Counted from the stretch's first letter, positions 1 through 13,749 are shown. The stretch is 64,000 bases of DNA from Mobula hypostoma (GCF_963921235.1 NC_086097.1:74154001-74218000), one strand, 5' to 3'. Program-made: numbers and translations. Notes: generated by a model not told the origin, from the letters alone.

Positions 1-3000
1 GTCCAACAAGCCTGTCAGTTTTTAAATATATATTTTATGTTTTTCCACTATATTCCTGAAATCTTATTTCCCAAGAAAAACTTGAACCTATTTACTCCAC
101 CTGCTTCAATGACAGTTCTTGTTAAGATTTCAGAACACTTCTGACAGAACATTTCCTCTTGCTTTTCTCTCCCACTCAAAGAGACACCTTCCAACATCCT
201 GTGGCAGATGACCTGCAGCTTCTTTGGATGAACTTCAAAATGTCTCTTTAATTAGGGTCAACACTATGTTAGTGGGCTTAACCCTCCCACATACAGAAAG
301 CCATACAAGCCAGAAAATTCAACCTGCAGATCAGCAGCTACTGCAGGCACATTCCTGGTTCCCTCAGCAGAGGGTGGCCAGACTGAGAGTCACTTGTTGA
401 TCACCCTGATGGCAATTTTCCAAAAGCCTGTTTGCTGAGGATCTCCAGCCTCTTATCAACAAGCAAACTTTGCTGGTTAAAAAATGAAGCTCCATCAACA
501 AGCAGGTTTGAGTGGTGCAGGGCCACTAGCTGAGCAACCCAGAACGTCACCCTGTTGCAAAGTATAAGTAGGTTCCATTCTTATAGAAACCTGCTATTCA
601 CAGCTTTTAACCTGTGCTCTGATCACAAAAACATTAATCAGTACAGTGAAGCTGCTGAGATGAGTTCAGCTAGAATGGCAAAGAACCATGAAAGTAAACC
701 TGAGAAACCAAAATGAAGGTCACACAAGTGGAAAATTACCCAACTGGGAAACATACATTTCATTCATAATTTTTTAATAACAAAGTGCAAAAGCCCATCC
801 AAACTCTAAGCAAAAGCCTAATTTCTACATCTTCAGTAAATACTTGGCAGAGGTGAAAGTGGAGTCAGCCAAAGTTTGAAAATTAAAATTTTTGTAACAA
901 TGCATTGAGTAACTAACAGTGAAAGGCAATTAAAATAAGTGCCTTTGGTCTCAAGTTTTTACAATGTGTGAGCACTATTACAGAGATATCCAACTGACAG
1001 CTTTGAAAGATCCTACAGGTATATAAATTGAAATCAACACAAAATTAATAACCTCGCCTAAGAGTCAAAACTTCGGTTCAATAAAGATCCTTTAGCAGAA
1101 AAGGCAGAAGATGAAAGTCAGTACAGCTGCTTCCAAGTATCCCTGCTGCAACTACAATCAAGTAAGAATCAAAGCAGCTATATCCCTTAACTCATTGATG
1201 ATGGAATGCTTAAGCAAGCTCAAGATTTATATTCTTGCTTGTATCATCACTATTTCATAAGCTGTTCATGGCGCAAACTCTTTAAAATTAGAGGAGATCC
1301 TACGTATGCAGAGGATTAGATAAAAGCCGATCCATTTCTCATCAGCTATACTGCAACTAAATCTGTCGACTTACATATCAGTTAAGATGGCTGAAACACG
1401 GACCAAAAAAGAAACACAGAAAGAAACAAAGTGATGCTAAGTTTATTCAATTACGACATATTCCTGGAAGAATTTTTTAAAAATGTTAAAAGTAAAACCA
1501 AAGTTTTGGTGAGTAATTGAATTTGTGGTTTTTCCATTTAATAATTAAGGAAATTGAACACTACAGTACCAATTTCTTGCATGAGCCTTGTGAGATTATT
1601 AACTTTACAGGATAAGAATAAAGAAACACATTTCCCATAAAGAAACATCACAGATCTCCACATTAACAGTGCTTTAAAGAGCAAGCAAAAAGTTAACTCA
1701 TTAGTAAAAGTGACTTAGGATAAATTATATTTAAATAACTTAACATCGGAGACATCAATATGAGCTCTATCATATGACCTGCAATGTGCATCACTAAGAC
1801 TAAAGTAGCACAGGATTCCAAAAGAAGGCACTCAGAAACCTTAATGGGAATTTGACAGAGTCACTGAGGGACCATCATGTGGAGCACATTGCAACCATTG
1901 CCCCTTGGCTATGACGTTAGCAAACTGTAGATTGGGTGTCCCAGCCCTCTTCAGCCTGTAGATTGTGGAGTATTTTTTATCAAATTTGGGTCAGCAGTGT
2001 TCAGCAGCACAAAGTATAGAACGGAGTGAATCTAAAGGATGACCATTACTCATTATTCGTAGGACATGAGAAAATCAACAACTGGAGAACAAGTGTTACA
2101 TTTTATTCACATGAAAATAGATGCCACTATTATAACATCTTAACATATTATCATATCATAATATATCTATAATAATATCAATATGTTGCAGTCTGTTCTG
2201 GAGACCCAATTCTCTTATCTCCTTCTCAAACTAACTCACCCCACTTTTCTTCCAGGTTCTGGTTCTGCATAGTTTGTTTTTTTTCAATCCAATAGCTTTT
2301 CCGCTTTTCAAAAACAGAATTCTAATGATCTCACAAACATAGCATTGGCTGAGAAATTCCTGTTAAAAACTTAACACAAGTCAGTTGGCTATCATCACTA
2401 TAGAATGTACTGAGAAGAATTTCTTCATATGGGTAGTTAAAGCAAACCTTAAGTAGCATAGCAAATAATGACTGCACACTCCTCTTACAACTTGGGTGGT
2501 CCAAGTGAAATTTCTGGAACATTAAAATTATACCCACTAATGCAATCATAAAATGATGATTCTGGAAGGTAGCATCTTACTTTGCTCCTGATTTTAATTC
2601 AAGATGTTTTCACAAAAGATCCATGATATTAGATTGACAACAAACTTACTAAAATGACTTATATTGGGACAAAACATCATCTGTTTCATATGGTTAAAAT
2701 ACAAATGTTTAGTTTCTTAAAATGAGTAGGTTTAGGTATAACACCAAAGATATTATTAGCTATTTTAGAACGACACAAAGACAATTCCAATCATTCACCT
2801 TAAGCTCCCTCCAGCAGATTTTAAATTTCTCTGCAGCAATAGGGACACTGCCAAGCAGGGGCAGAAAGGACACAGTGCAGCCAAACACAGGCCAGCTGGA
2901 AAAACTAACAAATATATTGTTTTAACTCCAGCCTCCCTCTTTCCCTCCCCAATTCTGTTTAAGCACACAGCTGGAGATCTGGCTTGGTGAGAACAGGATT

Positions 3001-4934
3001 CCAGCCTTCTCCAACTGGAAAGGGACTGTTTTATTTTAAACAGCACTTCAGCCATGTGGCATTGATGAAAACCTCCCGTTTCCCTGATTTGCTGACAGAC
3101 TTTTGATTATCTCATTATAACCAGACTGATGGCAGTTGAGGGGATGATACCAGGTAAATTCATTTTACCTCATAGCTATTATTACCACCAGGTAAAGCAC
3201 AACGGCAAACAGACTTACCATCCTGTGGGAAATCCAGCTTCTGATTACTTAATCAGTACTCAAATTAAGATTCCAAGAGCTCCAATTATAAGAATGAAAC
3301 AATTAAATTAGATTGCTCACTTGGCATTGTGAAGAGCAGCACCTCTTACATGAAATATTATTAACAAGATTACCCAAAAGGCTTCCACATTAACTTCTGC
3401 TAAAATGTTTTCCTTACTTTCCTGGCTGTCATGCCTGTTTTCAACTTTCAAATCCTTTTTCTCCCTTTTCCTAAAGATCTGCCAGGCATGTACACGAACA
3501 AGCCATCAATGACTAGTAACTAAAATCCGAATGGGAACCATTCAGCACCCATTAGTAGGTTTCTTTAAACAGGAAAAGAGCTGAAGGGAATAAGTAAAAC
3601 TGGAAACTCAAACTTCACATTCTGTGATCTCCTTAATAAAGGCAGGAAATGTGTGTTTATCAAATTGGCTGCACAGTTCACTTGGAGTCTGGTAAACAAT
3701 GCATATCTAACCATTCCCCAGCCACGTGAGATTCTCATCGACCCAGACCCTCTTATATTGCAGACAAGGTCATGGCAGCAGTGCCCTGGAAATTCAAAAT
3801 TAGGAAAACCTGGCAATCAGCAAGTTTAAACTGATGAGTAAAAGCCTCAAGGCTTTCTCACACCATCCACAGCCTGCCTGCCTCCTGTTTGTCTCTGATT
3901 ATTCCTATCAGTATTCCTATCAAAGGTAGCAAAAGAAAAACTTGTTCATCTCTGAACACACAATATTGGATGGTTCTCATGAACGCAAAATAAACAATAT
4001 AGTTAAATGTAGCTTTCTGTCTGACGAGGTTCAACATATTGGTAAAACAGTGCTATTTCAACCATTTCAGTATACATAAATTATAATTTCTAGTATTATT
4101 GCTGGAGTTAAAATGATATATTTGTTAACTTTTCCAGTTGGCCTGTGTTTGGCTGCATATTCCTCAGATTTTATCTTTTATTTTTCCTGTTGTTACTTCT
4201 GTTTATTTTAATTTTGTTAACACACCTGGAAGAGACAAGGTGAAGTTGTGGCTGCCCTGATGCCAATGAAAAGCTGCTGATTAGAATATATGCTACCAAT
4301 GGATAATATTTTTACCCCTCTCTTCTGTACCCTGCCTGAAAACACACAAGGGCTTTCACCTAGCCATCATTTTCCATGTTGTAAATATTGAATTCAGTCA
4401 GGCTATAAAGCAGCATGAAAGTTTTGTTAGAAATATGAAATCATCACACTGATGAAATAAATCCATTGTGAGATTTATGAACAATGTTAGGTCAAAGTAG
4501 CTTACCTACACTAACTTTAGATAATTTGATGCCATAATGTATATCTATAAATTAGGTAGTCTGATTTCAGCAGCAATCTCCTTGGTCTCAATGAGCACAA
4601 ACATTTCCACACAAAATGTGACATTCAATCCGCTTTGATTCTGATAGCTTGATAAAATTCTATTTGCAGCAGGTAAGCATTATCATTGCCCATATCAATT
4701 CTGCATTGTTAGTTACAATTCAAACATCATATTAAATGTGCTTCCTAAATCCACATTGTAGTCACTTTGAGTCAAACAAAATACACCAGGTTAATGACGA
4801 AACTTCATAGACTTTGTTAGCTGTAAAAGTCTCCATCATAATCAAAACAAACTAGTGGTGAAACATCAAATCTACGCTATGCATGAACTAAAATAAAATC
4901 AGAAAATGTTCAATATGGTTATGAGATCTAAAGA

Positions 4935-5109
4935 AACACACACAAAACGCTGGAGGAATTAAGCAGATCAGGCAGACCTTGAAGAAGGGTTTCGGACTGA
5001 AACGTTGGCTGTTTACTCTTTACCATAGATGCTGCCTGACTTGCTGAATTCCTCCAGCGTTTTGTGTGTGTTGCTTTGGATTTTCAGCATCTGCAGACTT
5101 TCTGGTGTT
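4935..5109 (+). mobile_element. Penelope-derived palindromic repeat with degenerate hammerhead ribozyme core
   Basis: Inverted arms 4935-4975 and 5032-5072 enclose TTGAAGA-AGGGTTTCGGACT-GAAAC-GTT-GGCTG. Ends in the family motif CAGCATCTGCAG. Confidence 0.7.
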
Positions 5110-6189
5110 CATAAAATCTAAATTATTTTTAATGCATTAAACCCAAATTATCATTTAGCCAATTCTACAGCTATGAAAAAACGTATTTAATGATAGAGCA
5201 CTGTGATTTCATCATGTGACTATAGCATCATAGTGGATTTAAAACACAATTGTATATTCAGTCGCCATCTTCATCATATACTGTACATATGTTCCAATCT
5301 GTATTTAAAATCTACTCTGGTGTTTAGAAAGTTAAATAAGAATTGCGCTTTTTGCTTCCTAGCATGATACTTGTAAAAATTCTCCAACATGATTGGCTGT
5401 ACAGCCAGCTTGATGAGGTTACAGCTGCTGGGCACCATCAATCATTTGATAGCAACAGCTTTCAGAAACGGGGAAGTTCTTGTCACACAGATTGCTTTGT
5501 CGCCCAATGTCTGGGCCTTTGTGAAACTGAATGGAAGAAACAAACCAAATCAAACACATGAATTTACACTCCATACATAATACAATTGCTTTTAATGCAA
5601 GAGTTATTTTATGTAGGCAAAGAAAAGACTAATAGACCAGCTCTGCCTTCAAATCTAGTTCAATGGTGCTTATGGCTTGCACAGCACTTCAAGGCATAAT
5701 CAAATTAGAACCCAATTCTAAGCTTTTTGTCATTTTGCTTTATTCATTCATTCATTATGGAAACCTTCACTTTGTTCTTTTAATTAATTTGCTACAAATT
5801 TTAGGTAAATAACTGAAGCAAGTATCATAGTATCGAAACTAATGGTAATTTTATACTAAAAATAATTTGGAATACTTCCAATATAAAAACGCTTCAATAC
5901 TTTTGCTATTACAATGATTTTCTGAGACTTCTCCCAAGATTAGTTTAGGATATGGATTTCAAAATTTGGAAGGGTGGGGGTAAAGCATTGATCACACAAG
6001 TACAACTTTCCTTTTACAGTTAAGCTGCAACAAGATATAACCCAGACTTCACAGGAATTACAATTAGTGAGAAGCATCATTGACTGGTGGTTAAAATATT
6101 AACCTATGTCTTCACCTGGGGATAATAGATATAAACACAATTTTCATTTCAAATCTGATGGCTACCACCTGACAATTATCTGATCTGAT

Positions 6190-6688
6190 GGCTGGATATA
6201 ATGGATACAGCCCAGTCCATCACTGATAAAATCCTCCGCACCATTGTGCACATCTACAAGGAAAGCTGTCACAGAAAAGCAGTTTCCTTCATCAAGGACT
6301 CCCACCATCCAGGTCATCAAGAAGGTGGTACAGGTGCCTCAGGATCCACATCACCAGGTTTAGGAATAGTTATTTCCCCTCAACCATCAAGCTTTTGAAT
6401 CAGAAGGGATAACTTCACACACAGAACTGTTCCCACAACCTTTGAACGCACTTTCAAAGACTTTTCATCTCATGTTCTTGATATTTCTTGCTAATTTATT
6501 TATTTATTTGGTATTTGCATTGTTTGTTGTCTTTTGTACTTTGATTGTTTGTCCATTTTGTGTGGGGTTTTTCATTGATTCTATTGTGTTTCTTTGAATT
6601 TACTGTGAATGCCCACAAGAAAATGAATTTCAAGGTTGTATATGGTGACGTATAGGTACGTTGATAATAAATTTACTTTGAACTTTCA
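6190..6688 (+). mobile_element. Rex/Babar-type LINE 3' fragment
   Basis: DTAQSIT...IKDSHHPGH peptide. 3' end AATAAATTTACTTTGAACTTT is shared with other copies in the window. Confidence 0.75.
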
Positions 6689-7496
6689 AACCATTCTGCA
6701 CATGTCCACTACTATGCATACAGGTGCTGCCATCAGAAAAACACAAGAGTCTCAGCTGGGCAACCTTAAGTGGTTAAATAACTGTTCATACTTATTATCT
6801 GACTAATACACATATGAACAAAGTGTCAGAGGGTCAGCGGTAGCATCTGCATCAGATGTCAACAACATCCACCAGTTTAAAAACAGATTTAGAACATACT
6901 TGTGTCAACAGATCAAATACAAATGGGGAAGAGTCACTGAATGTGTGAGAGAAAATGACTGGGTCTGCATTACAAGTAAAAAAACATCCAATCCACTATG
7001 CTGGGGAAATTATTGTGTACACAGATGAAGTTAGAACAAAGCATTCTGGCCATAAAAGAGAACTTCTAAGTAGATGCGTAACTGATGAATGATTAATTAA
7101 AAAATTAAAGGATCAAGCTATTTCCTGGCCTGAATAGCTGAAAATTTACAACACTAATTAACCTTTTCCCAGTTGGTTGAAATGATACAGAAAACCTGAA
7201 CACATTAATAATTCTTCTGCCTTTGCAATTTAACAAAGAATTTTAAATACTTTGACGATTAATTATTTGCCCAATTTTAAATCACACAGCACAGTAAGCA
7301 TAATTGCAGGGCAAAAGGAAAAACTAGTACTGCTGCGTAATACAACACATTCAAAACACCGTAATCCTTCAATATCCACTGGTATGTCCATGAGCGAAAT
7401 AACATCAAGCAGTGCATTTCACATTTAGCTATTGCACCTACTGTGAAATCAGTAGAAATTATATTACTTTTGCAAACCAGATGATAAGGCTATGAT

Positions 7497-7898
7497 GATG
7501 ATGATCATCATCATCATCAGGTGCCATGCCCTGTTTGTGCTTTGACTGCCATGGCCCACACACTCCTGTTTTGGGTCAAGTGGATCAATTCATTGGTATT
7601 CATTTCCAATTCTCTGGCTGCTGTCTCCATCATCATTTGTCTTTGCCTTCCTCCTGCTTTCTTCCCTTCAATCTTTCCCATAATTACCATGCATTCTAAC
7701 TCCTCTTTCCTAATCACATGTCCAATGAAGTCACATTGCCTTTTCATGATCTCATACATTATTTCTCTTTTTGTTCTTGCTCTGTCCATGACATCCTCGT
7801 TAGATATTCGTTTCATCCATGATATTCTTTGCAACCTCCTCAAAAACCACATCTCTGCTGCTTCAATTCGTTTCCTCAAGTATAGGTACGTTGATATT
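7497..7898 (-). mobile_element. RTE-clade LINE 3' fragment with (TGA)n tail
   Basis: ORF 7517..7879 (EAAEMWFLRRLQRISW...FIGHVIR...GKIEGKK) is a typical RTE ORF2 C-terminus. Candidate TSD GGCTATGAT at 7488-7496 and 7899-7907. Confidence 0.85.
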
Positions 7899-8611
7899 GG
7901 CTATGATAACCAACAAAAAAGGGAGAGAAACCCCAAACATATCTAGAATTTGGTATTACCTAATACACAGCAGATACTGAATACTAGCTGGGCAGTATCT
8001 TTAATGAATACAAGAATCACAAAATGTTTCACATTCTTGACACTTCAGTGGATTTTTAGAAATAGATACAGTACATGTTTTTTCCTTCCACTTCTTTGTA
8101 CACTGCCTAATGCCTTTGTTCACAATGGTGTAATCATACTAAATACTACTGCAATCTGCCATGCACTCGAATGAATATTAAGTTGTTAAAAATTGTTACA
8201 ACATCTGTGAAACAATTCCATGTTCAAATCATTACCATTAAGCAAACATTATGGGGGTGAATAAGTGTTGTCAACAAGGGATATCCATTCATTGCTGTGC
8301 TCTATACTTCCTTGGCTGAAGTGTTGGCGTCAGATTTCTGAAACATCTATATACCGTATACAGTCCCACAGGTTTTCCTATACTTTAACCATTGTATTCT
8401 AAGTGTTTTTAACTCTGTTTAAAGTATTCTGAATATTGAGTAAATCAAGCTCCTTCACCAATACCAGAAGCACAGGATAAATGTAAATCTATTCTGTGCA
8501 TCACAACATATTTTGTATATGCTTACTGTAAGTTTGTATTAAAGTTCAGTTAAAAGTCTACTGCACTGGACATTTATTACAAAGAAAGTACAACAGTGTC
8601 ATTACTTCCTT

Positions 8612-9241
8612 AGATGCCATGCTGAATCTCCACAAACTCCTAAAACTTTGACAAACTTCTATAGATCTGTAGTGGAGAATATATTGACTGGCTGCATCAC
8701 AGGCTGGTATGGAAACACCAATATGCTTGAACAGAAAATCCTACTTAAAGTAGTGGATAAGGCCAAGTCTGTCCCGGGTAAGGCCCTCCCAACCACTGAG
8801 CACATCTAAATGATACTCTGTCGCAGGAAAGTGGCATTCATCATCAGGGACCTCCACCACCCAGGACAAGCTTTCTTCTCACTGCTGCCATGAAGGAGGA
8901 GGAACAAAAGCCTCAAGACTCACACCACCAGGTTCAGGAAGTTATTACCACTCAACAATCAGGCTCTTGAACCAACCGGGGTAACTTCACTCACTTCATT
9001 TGCCCCATCATTTCAATATTTATTGCATATTTATTTATATTATTGTTTCTTCCTTTTGCATTTGCACAGTTTGTTGTCTTCTGTACACTGGTTGAATGCC
9101 CTAGTTGGGAGGCCGTTCATCGATTCTGATATAGTTATTATTCTATAGATTTGTTGTGCATGTCCACACGAAAATAAATCTCAGGGTTGTATATGGTGAC
9201 ATATATGTACAATAATGATAAAATTTACTTTGAACTTTGAA
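8612..9241 (+). mobile_element. Rex/Babar-type LINE 3' fragment
   Basis: Decayed LTNFYR-VVE-ILTGCIT-WYGN coding motif and AAATTTACTTTGAACTTTGAA tail. Confidence 0.8.
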
Positions 9242-10049
9242 GTGGTTAAGAATTGAAATTTCCTTTCCAATAAAAAACATGCAAGCTTATAATTAACAAC
9301 CTATTTACTGGAAAGTCTCAACTCTCAAATATACAATTTCATTAACAAATCATTAAATCAATATGTCAAGCTAGCATCCTCCTGTGTCCTGCAGTTTTTA
9401 GTTTGTGCATTCGGTAACTTGGTACTAACTTAATTAAACTTAACCCTGACATAAGCAAAAGGAAATGAAGGGTTAATGTAACTAATATCCTGAACTAACA
9501 AATTAGAGTCATAGAGTCATTGAAGAGTGCACCACAGAAACAGGGCCTTCTAGTCTGTGCCAAGCTATTTAAACTGCCTACTCCCATCCACCTGCACAGG
9601 GACAAAATGTCCTTTAGGAATTTCAATACAACTTGTGGACCTGAAAGCAATTACACTGGAGTGTACAAGTAAAGATAAAGTACTTAGCAGGGGAAAATTT
9701 AATTATGAAGACTTGGTGCATGGCACTGATGTGTGTACTTTTCAATGCACTGTTGTGAATCAGCTGATCAGTAAAAACTGCTCTGAACTGCATAAAACGT
9801 TGTGACAATCAGCAACAGCCTTTTTGGATTTCATCAGAACCTTTAACTTTATGGCTCAGCATATCCCATACCTCTACTCTCAGACTGGAAGGTTGACCCT
9901 GGTTAGATAAAGACTACTGAAGTGCAGATTAGGAACAGCATCAGATAAACCCCAAAAATCAGGTCTTAACCTAGCAAGCTGGTAAAATGAGAACTAGTCA
10001 CATGCTAAACAGCAGAGACAGAATACAATAAATGCAGCTAAGCAGTCCT

Positions 10050-11393
10050 GCCAGCAATAGATTAAAGCTCTGGCCACCTGCCACAACCAGTCATGAATGT
10101 TGCTCAACAATTATTCAACAATATGGAAAATTGCCCATGATTACAAAAATAGAACAATTCCAAACTAGCTGATTATCACTCAGCCCACTCTCAAATCATC
10201 AGAGCAATGGAAGGTGATGTTGACAGTGCTATCAAGTGGCATTCACGCAGATCAGAAACCTATTTTTTATATATATAAGGAGTTCTGGGCTGCAAACCTC
10301 ACAGCCTCCGTCAAAATGTGAAAATGAATTCTAAAACTGAGGGAAAGTGATCACTCACGGTGTTAAATCAGCATCAAGAAGATGTTTCTGGAAACACTAA
10401 AGTCAATGGGTATCAATAGGAAAACACTCCAATGCTTGAGCCATACCTCCACAAACAGCTGTGGTTGTTGAAGGTCAATCATGCAACCCCAGGACATTAC
10501 TCTCGGAATTCATTAGGGTATTATTCAAGACCCAAATGCCTTTAGCTGGCACATCAACAACCTTCCCTCTAACATTAGGTCAAAAGTGCAGACATTTGCC
10601 AGTAATTGTGTAATGTTCACTTCCATTCACAACTCCAACAAATGAATTAATAAATGCAATCGCACCGCAAGACACAGACATCATTCAGGTATGGGCTGAT
10701 AAATAACAGGTATCAGTTGCACCATGTTAAGTGCAAAGCAGTGACCAGTTCAAACAAGAGATCTAGCAACTTGAACTTGGCATTCAATCACATTATCATT
10801 GCCAAAATGGCCATATCAAAACATTGGGATCACAGTGGGGAGAAACTCAACAGACCAGCTACATAAATACTGTGGTTACAATAGCCGGTCAGAGGTTGTA
10901 TATCCTGTGGAGCAAGCTTCATCATCTAACATACCAGAAGTTCATCCACAATCCACAAAATACATTGGTATGCTCTTCACTCCCTTGCTTCAGTGCACCT
11001 TCAACAATTCTCATGATGTCAAAACTATCCAGAACAAAGTGGTCCATTTGATAGGTACACCATCAACAACGTTAAATGTTCACTCTTTCCATCTTCATGG
11101 CTGATGTGTGTGACATCAATAAGTGTATCACAGTTACTTGCCCGAGAACCCTCCCTGGAGCACCTCCCACATCTGCACTTATACCACAAAGGAGGATAAG
11201 GCACCTGATGTAAGTGTGCTCTTATCATCTGCAAGTGGCTATTCAGGTCGTACACCGTACTGACCTGAAAACACATAATAACTTCTTCATTGTGGGCTTC
11301 TCTAAGTCTTGGAACTCCTTATTAAGTAACACATGACCAGAAACACTATAGCAGCTCAAGAAGATAGCTTACTGTCAATTCAGGGGATGGGTA
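10050..11393 (+). mobile_element. Ancient CR1/L2-group LINE remnant (RT region to 3' end)
   Basis: Degenerate GVPQGS..GP and INDLPS...FADDC-like codons near 10500-10615. The 3' end is split by the Tigger insertion and resumes at about 12995-13040. Confidence 0.6.
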
Positions 11394-12994
11394 CAGGTTT
11401 TCCCCTGCCATCCGAAGGTAGCGCATTCCTATGAAACGGTTCGTAAGCCGGAATGTCGTAAAGTGAAGAAGCAATTACCATTTATTTATATGGGAAAATT
11501 TGTGAGTGTTCCCAGACCCAAAAATAATCTACCAAATAACACATAAAACCTAAAATAACAGTGATATATAGTAAAAGCAGGAATGATATGATAAATACAC
11601 AGCCTATATAAAGTAGAAATACTTTTCTACAATCATTGCCTGCACTGTTCTCTGTAGCGAAAATCTCACGCAAGCGCTGTTGGCAAAAACACGCTCTCCA
11701 GTAACCTTTAAGCTAAGAAGCGGCCAAATCATACCAAATAACACGTAAAAATACACAGCCGATATAAAGTAGAAATAATGTATGTACAGTGCAGTATCAC
11801 TTATGGGAATTGGGAAGACAATGCAGAGCACACTGATGATGGTGTATAAGGTTGAGTCGTCGGAGGTTGGGGTGGTGCAGTGGTCCCCACCCTCCGGGCA
11901 GCGAACCGATACCGATCCGCGAAGCATGCAGGGGTACAGTGGTAGCCAGGACGCACCCAGCACATCTTTAAGAGAAAAAGCTGAAATAAACATGCTAATT
12001 AATTAGGTGCTGCCCGGCACGTAAATGGTGGCCCAGATCAGAGGCCATTGCCGATTGCATCGCCTCTGATCCGCACTGACAATTACATGCTGGGTGGCAC
12101 CTAATTAATTAACATGTTTATTTCAGCTTTTTTCTTAAAGATGTGCTGTGTGCCTGCCGGTTACCGCTGCATTGTCCACGAATCGGTATCTATCTGTCCT
12201 CGGCCCAAAGGTTGGGGTGGTGGGACACTGGGGTGTCGTCTGTTTCCATTAGGGTAGGCAGGTCATCTTCTCCTATGTCTGCCTGCCTCGATGTCGAAGG
12301 TCGAGGTTTGTCGTCTGCTGTGGCTGATGTGAAAGGCTTGAAAAACAATAGTATGCTTGACTGCTGAGCATCGCGCATTTTTCTACCATACAGTTCTTTG
12401 TAAGCACTTAAACCATCTTGCAAATATGCCCTAAACCGACGAACCCTTTCAAAATTAAAGTCGTACTTTATCATTGCAGTGAAAATCTCACGCAGTTGCT
12501 TCACGTTCAGTTCCTGGACAACTTCACTTTCGGTCCGTTTGCCACTGCATTTGGTTTCCACTGTTATCCTTTCCTCTTCCAATTGCATCAGCTCTTCATA
12601 TATCAGTTCTTGGTCATGAGATGCCAAAACCTCTTCAACATCATCTTCGTCAACTTCCACAAGCCAAACCCACTTTGTCCTTACTTCGTTCACCACGATC
12701 GAAACGCTTAATTATGTCTAGTTTTACGCTAAGTGTAACACCCTTACAAGCTCTTTCAGGCTTTTCCGATACCTTAGAAATCATCTTGCTAACAGCTGCT
12801 CACAGGCACGTGTTTTAAGCAATGCCGGCTAGAATGCCGTTCCGAATCCGGGGGACAGCGGCTGCTCGGGGCGCGCGCTGCCTTTTTTCGTAACAGTGAA
12901 AACACCTTCTGTTAGCGAAAACAGTTAACTAATGTAGGTCTTTCGTAACAGTGAGGTTTCGTAAAGCAAACGTTCGAAAAGTGGGTGACACCTG
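11394..12994 (-). mobile_element. Tigger/pogo (Tc1-mariner) DNA transposon, internally deleted
   Basis: TA|CAGGTTTTCCCC...GGGTGACACCTG|TA termini with TA TSD. ORF 12190..12696 resembles the acidic C-terminus of a Tigger/TIGD1-type transposase (VDEDDVEEVLASHDQEL..EELMQLE). Contains a long internal inverted repeat. Confidence 0.88.
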
Positions 12995-13254
12995 TAATAC
13001 ATACTTGTCTTGCCAGGAATACCCACATTGACTGAATGAATAAAAATAAATCAAGGGGAGGTCATTGAGAAACCATTTCCTATTCACTTTACACTGGAAA
13101 ATTTCACATTCATGCACAGAATAACTTATGTCTGAGTTTGCTTTTATTTGTCATGTCAAGTAGCTGATGCCACTAAACTATGAGATTTACATAGAGTGAC
13201 CTCAAATTGTTAGGTAATTTGGCTATGAAGTACACTTCACAAGTGCTGTGAGAT

Positions 13255-13520
13255 CAGATTCTGATTTAGATTCATATTTATTTATCACGTGTACATCAAA
13301 ACATACAGTGAAATGCATCATTTGCATTAACAACTAAAACACGGAGTCATATACTGGGAGCAGCCCGCAAGTGTTGCTACACATTCTAGCACCAACATAC
13401 CATGCCTACAATGCTCGGCATAACTACACAGAACACAACAAATCAATAAGCAACAAAAAAAACCAGCAAACCAATCCCTTTTCTTCCTTTTCTCAATACA
13501 CTTCACTGTCACTGCAACAA
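13255..13520 (-). mobile_element. Non-autonomous retroelement 3' end with (TCTGAA)-type tail
   Basis: Similar in the opposite orientation to 42900-43100; a related fragment lies at 30231-30590. Confidence 0.55.
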
Positions 13521-13749
13521 AACTCAATTCAGGTTGGAATTTAAAGCATTTCGGCAGCCTCATCCATTTCATTTATAATACAAATGTAACAATATACTGT
13601 AATTGTTTCACTGCAACGCTGAATTTTAAATCATTGTACCAGACTCTGTAGAAGCAGTTTTATAGTACAATGAGGCACAACAGGTCATGAATTGCCCAAG
13701 CTAGTCTCAGATCAGTATTTGAAAAAATTGCATAAACTTTTTTAATGGA

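Noticed and set aside
12190..12696. Domesticated TIGD-like gene
   Set aside because: Only a C-terminal fragment without HTH/DDE domains, bounded by TIRs and a TA TSD.
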